Both the position numbers and the translations under genes were made by a program. A stretch of DNA of 64,000 bases from Bdellovibrionota bacterium. Its GTDB lineage: Bacteria; Bdellovibrionota; Bdellovibrionia; Bdellovibrionales; Bdellovibrionaceae. The stretch is from the NCBI GenBank assembly GCA_052033755.1, contig JBPOJH010000015.1, forward strand, positions 10,564 to 74,563. Direction: 5' to 3'. The notes under the pieces were generated by a model. The model saw nothing but the letters and a program-made list of their open reading frames with translations. It did not search any database and was not told the origin of the DNA. The number at the start of each line of letters is the position of its first letter. The first letter of the stretch is position 1. This document shows, piece after piece, positions 28,525-37,061 of the stretch.

Positions 28525-28839
28525 ATGAATAAAAAAATCCTGATTATCAATGGTCATCCGAATAAAAATTCACTTTCTACAGAAATCTGTAACAGCTATC
28601 AAAAGGGAGCTTCCTCGGTCGGGCATGAGGTGTATGTACTGCACTTATCTCAACTTAGCTTTGATCCCATCTTGCATCAAGGATATAGCGGTATGAGCAT
28701 ATCGTAGTGTGCCGGCCTTATTAAAATGTTTTTTTGATCGAGTGTTATTGCCGGGATTTGCATTTAAATATCAATAATAAAAAAGAAGCCGAAATTAAAA
28801 AAATATTTAGCCAAAGTCGAAAATTCAGGAAGAAGATAA
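28525..28839 (+). pseudogene. decayed NAD(P)H dehydrogenase (quinone)/flavodoxin-like-fold gene
   Basis: Three collinear fragments lie in different frames. The N-terminus is MNKKILIINGHPNKNSLS... (28525-28707). The middle is VPALLKCFFDRVLLPGFAFKYQ (28709-28777). The C-terminal remnant is ...KKYLAKVENSGRR (to 28839). Most of the central region is missing. Confidence 0.7.
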
Positions 28840-28879
28840 TCAAGTCAATCTTACTATTGTTGATGCCGTAGACCCATAA

Positions 28880-29173
28880 TTAACCTGTTCTTTGAGTTTT
28901 TCTATCTTTTTCTTTTTGAATTTTGTTATTGTATAAGTCCATAATGGGAAAAATCATCTCAAAATCACCCCACATCAGTTCACCATCTTGAATTTGATAC
29001 TTCTTAAATTTATTAATGTTTTGGTATTTAACGATGTCTGGATGAGTTGATCTTTTTAGAAACAATTCAAAGTCAATGACTTGCGTTTTGTGATCTGAAA
29101 AAGTGATTTCCAGAGTGTATTTTTTTAAGTATTTTGCACCAGTTATTTGAATAACTTTATTAGTTTTTTTCAT
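28880..29173 (-). CDS. DUF2442-like small protein, second gene of a two-gene cassette
   Basis: 97-aa ORF with a 4-nt overlap onto the upstream DUF4160 gene. Same architecture as the 8161-8708 pair. Confidence 0.55.
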   Translation of the reverse strand: MKKTNKVIQITGAKYLKKYTLEITFSDHKTQVIDFELFLKRSTHPDIVKYQNINKFKKYQIQDGELMWGDFEMIFPIMDLYNNKIQKEKDRKTQRTG

Positions 29174-29475
29174 GATATATTACCGTCGATTTTTTTTGAA
29201 ATAATTTTTTTGTTATAGACGAAATAGTTAATCCAGCTTTGAACAATATATTCTGCAAAAATTGTGACTAATTTTTTAAATTGTTTTGATTGTTTCGAAG
29301 GAAGAGATTTCTTTCCCGGGACTCGTAACAAATTAATACTTTGAATTTTTCCATCGCGTAGATGAATTTCAATTTTACTTTCATATTGACCATAACGTCC
29401 ATGAACATGAACGGGTTCGTGCTCATTGGAATAGAAGAAAATCATGATCCCTAGGTATTCATAAAGTTTTGGCAT
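29170..29475 (-). CDS. DUF4160 domain protein
   Basis: The N-terminus LGIMIFFYSNEHEPVHVHGRYGQYESKIEI carries the DUF4160 signature. Confidence 0.7.
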   Translation of the reverse strand: MPKLYEYLGIMIFFYSNEHEPVHVHGRYGQYESKIEIHLRDGKIQSINLLRVPGKKSLPSKQSKQFKKLVTIFAEYIVQSWINYFVYNKKIISKKIDGNIS

Positions 29476-29749
29476 TTGATTCCTTAGATGGACAGTAATA
29501 GTTTAGTAGCCCCTATTGTATAATAAAAGCATCAATAACAAAACCACCGACGTCGGCGAAGCTCTGCGTCGTTAAATTTAATGGGGGGACATCAGGACAT
29601 CAGACATCACAGGGGATCAAGATTCAGGAGATCCGAGAGACCAATCGATTTACTTTACATAGTTAGTTGTCATGCCCTCATCAGGCTAGTAAACTCAAGA
29701 AAGTAACCAAAATTTCTTATCTAATATACATCCATGGGAGAACCAACGC

Positions 29750-30392
29750 ATGCAGGAACAGTTAAAAAAATATGGACCATGGGCAATCATCACAGGAGCT
29801 TCTTCAGGAATTGGTGAAGAATTCAGTCGGCAATTGGCAGCGCTGGGATTTAATTTAGTTCTAGTGGCTCGTCGTAAGGAAAGACTCGAATCTATTTCTG
29901 CGGAATTGACAAGTCTATATAAAGTCGAAACCCAAGTGGTTGCGCTGGATCTAGCGCAAAATGATTTTATCAATTCACTCGACACGGCTATTGGTCATAA
30001 AGAAATCGGTCTTCTGATAAACAACGCAGGCTTCGCATTAACAGGGAATTTTTTAGATCACGATGTGGAGCAAGAAATTTCTTTGCTGCATTTAAACTGC
30101 CGTGCACCTGTTCTGTTGACACATTTTTTTGGGAAAAAAATGGCACAGCGAAAACGAGGTGGCATTATGTCCTGGTAGCACACAAACAGAATTTTCTGCC
30201 GTCGCTGGTGTGAAAAAATCCGGAATGCAAGTCAGTACTGTGGTTCAGTCTGCCATTCAGTCCTTAGGTAAAAAAACAATTGTTGTCCCTTCGTTTTTCA
30301 ACTTTTTTGTGACCTTGCTTGTTCGATTGTTACCTCGCAGTTGGACCACACAAATCGGCGCCTCTGCCGTTCAAAAAATGATTCATGATTAA
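29750..30392 (+). pseudogene. short-chain dehydrogenase/reductase with an internal out-of-frame deletion
   Basis: The N-terminal part has TGASSGIG and NNAG motifs and ends ...KRGGIMSW*. The downstream ORF, in another frame, resumes at (A)LCPGSTQTEF. The Ser and YxxxK catalytic segment between GGI and LCPG is absent. The junction is near 30166-30170. Confidence 0.75.
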
Positions 30393-30476
30393 TTCCGAAA
30401 AATAAAATAAACAGCACCGATTAAACACATCGATGCCCATAAATAATTCCAAGTGATGGGAGTCTTCATAATTCCG

Positions 30477-30989
30477 TTATTCGATGGCATCTAGGTATTC
30501 AGATTTTTCTTTGCCATCAAAAATTTGAGCCGGAAAAGTTTTATTAGATTTACGATCTGAATAGGCTTTTTGATTTTGATCGCAGTTGGTTGTTAGGGGA
30601 TTTGCCTCGATGGTCGTTTCCTTATTTGTCGTCAAATTAGTGGCTTTGCAAGTGATATCCGTGTGAGCTTGTTTGAACACACCACAATCTGCACGCAATA
30701 AACGACTGGCTTCTTCCATCTTGGCCTCATCACGCGGATCCGCTGCCGCCAAAGTCTTTAGACTCGCCGTTGATTCAACCACGTTATTATAATCCTCGAC
30801 AAATTGGTAAGTGCAATTTCCAGATTTAGTCACACTGTTGGAGTAGTCCTTTGGCGGAGTGCAAGCGGCAACTCCCGTTAATATTAAGGTGCTGCCAACA
30901 CTTAAAATCCAATTACGTTGGATCGAAGATCTGTGAAGTAAATGTGATGGACCTGTTTGGAAAAAAAATGGTTTAAATATTTTGATCAT
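30477..30989 (-). CDS. lipoprotein of unknown function
   Basis: 170-aa ORF starting 1 nt after the purE stop. It has a lipobox-like LILTGVAAC and several Cys. Confidence 0.6.
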   Translation of the reverse strand: MIKIFKPFFFQTGPSHLLHRSSIQRNWILSVGSTLILTGVAACTPPKDYSNSVTKSGNCTYQFVEDYNNVVESTASLKTLAAADPRDEAKMEEASRLLRADCGVFKQAHTDITCKATNLTTNKETTIEANPLTTNCDQNQKAYSDRKSNKTFPAQIFDGKEKSEYLDAIE

Positions 30990-30990
30990 T

Positions 30991-31611
30991 CTAGATAGTT
31001 CCTTTTTTAGTGCGCGCGTTTTTTGGATGCAGGCTATTTTTTTGCAAATCTAAATTCATTTGCGACACTTTATCTTTTTGGGATTCGCAAAAGGATTCAA
31101 GTTTTTTCTGCACTTCAGGTATTTGTATTCCTAAAATTCGCAGTGCCAACAAGCCCGCGTTATAGGCGCCATTAATAGACATGGTAGCTACGGGCACACC
31201 TTTGGGCATCTGTGCAATACTCAGCAACGAATCCATGCCCTTTAAAGCCTTGGATTCCACCGGAACTCCAATCACTGGTAATGTCGTCAGACTGGCGACC
31301 ATGCCGGGCAGATGCGCAGCGCCGCCGGCACCCGCAATCAAGACCTGAAATCCATTTTTTTTCGCCGCTTTTGCAAAATTAAACATTTTTTCAGGCGTGC
31401 GATGGGCAGAGACTATTTCTAAATGATAATTGATCTCAAAATCTTGCAAAGCCTTGGCGGCCTCTTGCATGATGGGTAGGTCCGAATCACTACCCATGAT
31501 GATAGCAATTTTGGGATTGGTTTTGTCCAGTCCTCCCGATGTCGTTGATCCAGCTTTCGTGCTAGCAACAGCAGATTTAAGTCTTTGTTTTTGTTGGTTG
31601 GTTTTAGCCAT
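30991..31611 (-). CDS. purE: N5-carboxyaminoimidazole ribonucleotide mutase PurE (with N- and C-terminal extensions)
   Basis: Motifs [21 protein letters not shown] and [14 protein letters not shown] are present, with a GGGAGGA RBS. Confidence 0.9.
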   Translation of the reverse strand: MAKTNQQKQRLKSAVASTKAGSTTSGGLDKTNPKIAIIMGSDSDLPIMQEAAKALQDFEINYHLEIVSAHRTPEKMFNFAKAAKKNGFQVLIAGAGGAAHLPGMVASLTTLPVIGVPVESKALKGMDSLLSIAQMPKGVPVATMSINGAYNAGLLALRILGIQIPEVQKKLESFCESQKDKVSQMNLDLQKNSLHPKNARTKKGTI

Positions 31612-31798
31612 CTGGATTTCCTCCCTAGATCTTGTTGTAAGACTATTAGGCCATCAGATTCAAGGCTTGTCTAGACCCCTTGGTGCCGGGCCTTTAGGCG
31701 CAAAAAAGCGCCAAAAAATGTAAAAAATGCTGGCCAAGTGACCCCAAAAGGTTTTAACTCGAAGGCAAAATTAAGAACAATTTAAAAGGAGCCGTCGA

Positions 31799-33745
31799 GT
31801 GAATTCAACAACTCAATTAATGGACTTTTTACGCCCATCTTACAATGGATCTGCCAATGGGTCTGTTCAAGGAACAGAAAACAAAAAACTACAAGCATGG
31901 GTTCAAGAAATGGTGACTTTGTGTCAGCCGGCCAATGTGTACTGGTGTGATGGTACAGATGAGGAATATCAACGTCTATGTGATTTGTTGGTGCATGCTG
32001 GAACTTTTAAAAAATTAAATCCAGCGAAAAGACCAAATTCCTATTTAGCATGTTCGGATCCTTCCGATGTGGCTCGTGTTGAGGACCGCACTTTTATTTG
32101 CTCACAAAATCAAGACGACGCAGGTCCAACGAATAATTGGATGGCTCCAGCGCAAATGAAAACGACTTTGAATGGTTTATTTCAGGGCTGTATGCAGGGT
32201 CGAACAATGTATGTTATTCCATTTTGTATGGGACCGATTGGTTCACCGATTTCACAATACGGAGTCGAGATTTCCGACTCTGCTTATGTGGCCGTGAATA
32301 TGAAAATTATGACTCGTATGGGGTTGCCAGCTTTGAAAGCCATGGGGAGCGGAGATTTCGTTCAGTGCATGCACTCAGTGGGAATGCCTTTGCAAGCAGG
32401 ACAAACGGATGTGACTTGGCCTTGCAATAAGGAACAAAAATACATCGTGCATTTTCCAGAGGAAAAAAGCATTTGGTCGTTTGGATCTGGATATGGTGGC
32501 AATGCTTTGTTAGGAAAAAAATGTTTTGCACTTCGAATCGCATCGACAATGGGTCGTAAAGAGGGTTGGTTGGCAGAACACATGTTAATTCTAGGTGTGA
32601 AACAAAAAAATAATGCCAATGCAGCTACAGAAAAAACTTATGTGGGAGCGGCTTTCCCAAGCGCATGTGGCAAAACGAATTTCGCTATGTTGATTCCGCC
32701 GAAAGAATTAAGTCAATACGAAGTCAGTACGATTGGTGATGATATCGCGTGGATCAAGCCCGATGCGAATGGCGATTTGCGCGCCATTAATCCCGAGGCT
32801 GGATTTTTCGGTGTCGCTCCAGGAACTTCATTATCGACAAATCCAAATGCGATTTTGACTTTGGCAAAAAATACGATTTTCACCAACGTGGCTTTAACTG
32901 AAGATGGAGATGTTTGGTGGGAGGGAATGACTGCGGATATTCCAGCCAAGCTAACGGATTGGACCGGGCAAGCTTGGACTCCAGATTGTGGTCGTAAGGC
33001 GGCCCATCCCAATGCGCGATTCACATCGCCAGCCAGCCAATGTCCAAGTATTGATCCCGAGTGGGAAAATCCGAAGGGTGTAAAAATTTCGGCCTTTATT
33101 TTTGGTGGTCGTCGCGCCGATACAATTCCGTTAGTCACTGAAGCGACCACTTGGGAAAAAGGGGTTTACTTAGCTGCTACGATAGGTTCAGAAACAACAG
33201 CGGCAGCCACAGGCGCGGTTGGCGTTGTACGACGTGATCCTTTTGCGATGTTGCCATTCTGCGGTTATCACATGGCGGATTACTTTCAACACTGGTTAAG
33301 TTTTGCGAGCAAAAAAGTAAATTTACCAAAAATCTTCGTGGTGAACTGGTTCCGTAAAGATGAAAACGGTAAATTTATTTGGCCTGGTTATGGCGATAAC
33401 ATGCGTGTTTTAGCGTGGATGTTAAATCGCATTCAGTCATCGGCGACAGCGACCTCATCTGGAGCGGCTTCAGCGAATGTAACGGCGGGTATTCAAACTC
33501 CATTGGGAGTGATTCCACGATATGAAGATTTAAATTGGTCGGGTTTAGATTTAAGCCAAACTAAATTTCAAAAATTGATGTCACTAGAATCAAGTCAGTG
33601 GCAAACCGAATTATTATCGCATTTGGAATTGTTTGAAAAAATGGATCACAAATTACCAACTGAGTTTATGAAAATTCAGTCGGAATTAGTGAAAGGTTTG
33701 GTGCAAAAACCGATTCAAAATATTTCGATGCCAGCTGAAAAATAA
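31799..33745 (+). CDS. pckG: phosphoenolpyruvate carboxykinase (GTP)
   Basis: GTG start behind AAGGAG. Kinase-1a motif FPSACGKTN plus typical GTP-PEPCK blocks (GDDIAWI, FGGRR). Confidence 0.95.
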   Translation: MNSTTQLMDFLRPSYNGSANGSVQGTENKKLQAWVQEMVTLCQPANVYWCDGTDEEYQRLCDLLVHAGTFKKLNPAKRPNSYLACSDPSDVARVEDRTFICSQNQDDAGPTNNWMAPAQMKTTLNGLFQGCMQGRTMYVIPFCMGPIGSPISQYGVEISDSAYVAVNMKIMTRMGLPALKAMGSGDFVQCMHSVGMPLQAGQTDVTWPCNKEQKYIVHFPEEKSIWSFGSGYGGNALLGKKCFALRIASTMGRKEGWLAEHMLILGVKQKNNANAATEKTYVGAAFPSACGKTNFAMLIPPKELSQYEVSTIGDDIAWIKPDANGDLRAINPEAGFFGVAPGTSLSTNPNAILTLAKNTIFTNVALTEDGDVWWEGMTADIPAKLTDWTGQAWTPDCGRKAAHPNARFTSPASQCPSIDPEWENPKGVKISAFIFGGRRADTIPLVTEATTWEKGVYLAATIGSETTAAATGAVGVVRRDPFAMLPFCGYHMADYFQHWLSFASKKVNLPKIFVVNWFRKDENGKFIWPGYGDNMRVLAWMLNRIQSSATATSSGAASANVTAGIQTPLGVIPRYEDLNWSGLDLSQTKFQKLMSLESSQWQTELLSHLELFEKMDHKLPTEFMKIQSELVKGLVQKPIQNISMPAEK

Positions 33746-33779
33746 AGTCAAAAAACATACTTACATGTTATTCGTTCAC

Positions 33780-33815
33780 AAATGCCGTAACAGACGTTTT
33801 ACGGCATTTGTTTTT
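33780..33815 (+). terminator. Rho-independent terminator of pckG
   Basis: Perfect 11-bp stem AAATGCCGTAA / TTACGGCATTT with an 8-nt loop, followed by GTTTTT. Confidence 0.8.
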
Positions 33816-33913
33816 AGGGTGAACAACTCTTAGACAGGTAAAAATCACCAGAGTGTATTATTCTAGTTTGTGTCAGGAAACGATTGGTCCTTGGTTTGCT
33901 TAGTTATAGCTAC

Positions 33914-35152
33914 ATGGGCCTTAGAATAAAGAAATTACGATTACAGGTGCATCGCGTGCTGTTGTTAATCATGACTGCTGTCATTGGTTTACAGGCTGCG
34001 TTTTTGACTCCTGTAAGCGCATCAATTTCACTGGCTCAACAAGGTCCAATCAATTCGGCTAGTGGTGCGAATTATTCCAATCAACAATGCGCCCAAATAT
34101 ATAATATCCCGCGAAGAATGGGACTTGTTAAATGGAGTGCCGATCTTAAAGAAAACTCCTCTGCAAAAAAATATCATGATGAAATCATTTCCACTGCCGC
34201 AGAGTGGATTGAAAATCCCAACTATATGCACACGGATAAATTAATTCACTACACCCAGAATGGGGGGCGGTCTCGCCCTGGAATATTACCAATATGGTCG
34301 AATCGATATGTTCTTGAGTCCGTATTAAATGTGAAGAACGGTGTGACCTCATGGCAGGGCGCTTTGGGTCGGGATATGGGGCCTATCGGTAACAATCGAT
34401 GGCAGCCCTACTACTGGAGAAATGTGTTTAAGATCTGGTGTCAAGCCGTCGCTAAATATGTACCAAAGGTACTGAGTGCTCAGGGGCCCCTTGGTCCTTT
34501 ATCCGAGTGGGGCGCGAATGCCAGAACTTGGGGTGAAGGTGTCTATGATTTTTTAGGTACAGCGGGTTTATTAGGTCCATTATCTGTTTTGGGGTGGCTT
34601 GGACCGATGGGTGCGATTTTAGCTGAGAAAAAACTGACTCTGAATACCAATGGCGAGTATTTAAATATGCAAGGTAAAATTGTTCGTCAAATTTCAGTGC
34701 CATTTGGTGAAACATCAAGAAGATACAATGTATTTAATTATTACAAAGAAGACTATGTGCAAAAGTTGTCTGATAAAAGAGATTTAGATTCTTCGTTTAT
34801 GTTTGATGGGATTTTAAAGCGCCACGAGGACTCTCGCAAGATGCGAGTCCGAATTGCGCAACGAGAGCTAACCACGATTATGATCATTCCGGATTACAAT
34901 TACACGAAACACGAAGATGGAATTTATCATAGCATGAATTTTATGATTCGTGTTCGTAATGATAGGGGTCAGATTATCGCAGAAAGTAATGTTGTCGATT
35001 ACACGAATTTTGTACAAGTGATCAATTCAGAAAACTCGCAAGTGACAGTCGAGATCATTCGCCAAGGGACACGTGACGAAAATAAAAAAGAAGACCAGAA
35101 ATTTCGCTTTCTGGTCGTTGGTGATCCATTCAGTCCAGACCAAACGTTTTAA
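33914..35152 (+). CDS. secreted protein of unknown function with GPLGPLS/LGPLS/LGPMG motifs
   Basis: ATG at 33914 (TTG at 33884 is possible). Signal peptide (VLLLIMTAVIGLQAAFLTPVSAS). No recognised catalytic motif. Confidence 0.6.
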   Translation: MGLRIKKLRLQVHRVLLLIMTAVIGLQAAFLTPVSASISLAQQGPINSASGANYSNQQCAQIYNIPRRMGLVKWSADLKENSSAKKYHDEIISTAAEWIENPNYMHTDKLIHYTQNGGRSRPGILPIWSNRYVLESVLNVKNGVTSWQGALGRDMGPIGNNRWQPYYWRNVFKIWCQAVAKYVPKVLSAQGPLGPLSEWGANARTWGEGVYDFLGTAGLLGPLSVLGWLGPMGAILAEKKLTLNTNGEYLNMQGKIVRQISVPFGETSRRYNVFNYYKEDYVQKLSDKRDLDSSFMFDGILKRHEDSRKMRVRIAQRELTTIMIIPDYNYTKHEDGIYHSMNFMIRVRNDRGQIIAESNVVDYTNFVQVINSENSQVTVEIIRQGTRDENKKEDQKFRFLVVGDPFSPDQTF

Positions 35153-35206
35153 CATTTGGTCATATGGCTTTCGAATCGTTAAGACAAATTATGGATCTAA
35201 ATCACA

Positions 35207-36358
35207 TTATTTTTTCTTAGGCCAATCGTTCAAAGGTAAATTAGCGCCTAAAAATAAATTCAACATTGGATTGATAGCTTTAATTCCTCGTGACTCCATG
35301 TATGGAGCGACTGGTTGTCCACCACTCCATCCGTGTGCCATTTCGTCAATCCACACAACCTGAGCCCAGTTGTTCCCATTGTTAGCGTAGGTCGCAACAT
35401 GTGCGCCATAGTTGCCGTACTCGGCCTTAACAACAGTTTCTGTTTTGACGCTTTCAAAAGAATTATTAATTTGGCCATCGTCGTTCAAATCATTCAAGAT
35501 TGAAAATTCTTGAAAAATTTGCTCCACATTCAAAGGATTCACAAAGTTATCTTTTGTTCCATGCACGACTAGCAATTGCACTGGAGAATTTCTTTTTGGA
35601 GAGCACTTGTAAGCATTCATCGCGCCTTCTTGCGGTGAACGAGTCGATCCGTTTTTAGTCACTTCGTGAGCTTCGTCCTCTGTGCGTGCGGCATCGTACA
35701 TTAAGCCAGAGTGTACCATAGCTCCTTTAAACACGTCTGAATAACAAGCTAACAAGTTGGCACTCATCGCACCACCTGCAGATAGGCCAGATACGAAAAC
35801 TTTGCCTGCATTTAGTTTGTTTTTCTTCACAACATCCAAAGTCATACCAGCAATGATTGATGCCTCACCCGTACCGCGCTGTAAGTTTTCAGGTTTGAAC
35901 CAATTCCAGCATTTCCAGACATTATCACCATAGGTTTGTTCTGGGAATAGCACCGCGAAACCCATCTTTTCTGCTATCGGCATGATTTCAGTGCCATTAG
36001 CCATATTGTCGCCCGATTGAAAGCAACCGTGAAGAATCACGATCAAGGGAGTTTTTTGTGCAACAATATTTTTGGGTAAAAACAGTTTGTATCCGCGTTT
36101 ACCAGCTTTGTTTTCGAATTCACCAGAAAGTAAAGGATTGAGATCGCCGCTGCCATTACCGCCACCATTCAATAAGTCGCTGCCCGGCCAAACCCACCAA
36201 GGAAGGCCCACGTTAACTGGCGAAGTGTTAGTAGATCTTGACTCTGCAACTGCTTGTACGCCGAATGTCATATTCAGCATTAGTATCGATAACAGCAGAG
36301 TAACCGTTTTTAGAAAAGGGTTTAAGCCCTTATTGATGAAAGTAGTTAAGCCACTCAT
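35207..36358 (-). CDS. secreted esterase, PHB-depolymerase family (LpqC-like alpha/beta hydrolase)
   Basis: ATG at 36358 behind GGAGGA, with a signal peptide. It has LIVILHGCFQSG and the nucleophile elbow GLSAGGAM typical of the Esterase_PHB family. Confidence 0.8.
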   Translation of the reverse strand: MSGLTTFINKGLNPFLKTVTLLLSILMLNMTFGVQAVAESRSTNTSPVNVGLPWWVWPGSDLLNGGGNGSGDLNPLLSGEFENKAGKRGYKLFLPKNIVAQKTPLIVILHGCFQSGDNMANGTEIMPIAEKMGFAVLFPEQTYGDNVWKCWNWFKPENLQRGTGEASIIAGMTLDVVKKNKLNAGKVFVSGLSAGGAMSANLLACYSDVFKGAMVHSGLMYDAARTEDEAHEVTKNGSTRSPQEGAMNAYKCSPKRNSPVQLLVVHGTKDNFVNPLNVEQIFQEFSILNDLNDDGQINNSFESVKTETVVKAEYGNYGAHVATYANNGNNWAQVVWIDEMAHGWSGGQPVAPYMESRGIKAINPMLNLFLGANLPLNDWPKKK

Positions 36359-36704
36359 TGATCCTCCTTGAGAGAAAATTTTGTAAATAAAATTTAGTTC
36401 TAGTGTAATCACTCTGCAAGGTAGAATCAGGCTTGTCTTGTTGCGTTGTTTATTATTGTGATTAAGATCGTATTGTGACTGGTACGAACCCGCACAAAGA
36501 GCCCGCAAAGAGTCAGTAAAGAATGTCTAAAACTCATGTTAAAATGGGCTTAAAAGGCTCAAAAATAGATTCTTAACATGGAAAACTACAATTTCTTGAA
36601 AAACCTTTCATCAGTTTTGGGGGAATTCGTTGCTACACTGTTTGCGTGATAACCCCTGATATTCTTGGGTCGAACAGGTAACTTTACATGGAAGGAAGGA
36701 CGCT

Positions 36705-37061
36705 ATGTCGGTATTTACGCCTATACAGAGTTTGTCGATGGAAAAAGAGATATCAGTTAACAATAGACGACAACGTGTGCGTCTAAAGAACTTTTTCCCA
36801 CGCGTCGGGCTCGAGGAAGGTTTACATTCGGTACAAGCCAAAATTCACGAACATTTTCCGACACCAGTTTACTCCGATGTTGAGTGTGAGGACGTTGGTA
36901 TCGGTTTTATCATTTCGCTGACAGTGCAAGAGTCTAGCAATGTTTTCAATGCCCAAATGTTTTTACCCAAATCAATCTTATCAGGAGCAGATCGTATTTG
37001 GCAGATAGCGGCCTTGGATCAGTTAGTAGATGAAATTCTAATCCAAGCCAATCGCTACTAA
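36705..37061 (+). CDS. hypothetical protein
   Basis: 118-aa ORF with a GGAAGGA RBS-like sequence. It overlaps the putA stop by 4 nt in convergent orientation. No motif recognised. Confidence 0.45.
   Translation: MSVFTPIQSLSMEKEISVNNRRQRVRLKNFFPRVGLEEGLHSVQAKIHEHFPTPVYSDVECEDVGIGFIISLTVQESSNVFNAQMFLPKSILSGADRIWQIAALDQLVDEILIQANRY

Noticed and set aside
27880-28557. 225-aa version of the minus-strand ORF, and the overlapping ORFs 27843-28136 and 27941-28294.
   Set aside because: The N-terminal 108 codons have no RBS and a low-complexity, implausible sequence, and they would overlap the start of the divergent pseudogene. An internal ATG at 28233 has a TAAGGAGT RBS and starts a clean signal peptide, so the shorter gene was annotated.
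28525-28707. 60-aa ORF as an intact small gene.
   Set aside because: It is the N-terminal fragment of a flavodoxin-like-fold NAD(P)H dehydrogenase, and later conserved blocks follow in other frames. It was annotated as part of a pseudogene.
30389-30469. 26-codon ORF on the minus strand (MKTPITWNYLWASMCLIGAVYFIFRN), 8 nt after the lipoprotein gene stop.
   Set aside because: It has only a weak GGAA upstream and overlaps the 3' end of the SDR pseudogene. It cannot be supported from sequence alone.
31697-31712. GGCGC-AAAAAA-GCGCC hairpin between purE and pckG as a terminator.
   Set aside because: It lies between divergent gene starts, where no terminator is expected. No U-tract follows the stem on either strand. 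It may be regulatory, but this is unsupported.
32713-33150. 145-aa antisense ORF inside pckG, with further ORFs at 32137-32619.
   Set aside because: These are shadow ORFs of a highly conserved PEPCK gene.
37058-37061. Overlapping convergent stop codons (putA with the 118-aa ORF, and likewise TTAA at 48408-48411) as a special regulatory feature.
   Set aside because: Four-nucleotide convergent overlaps occur by chance in compact genomes. This is noted but not considered meaningful without transcript data.
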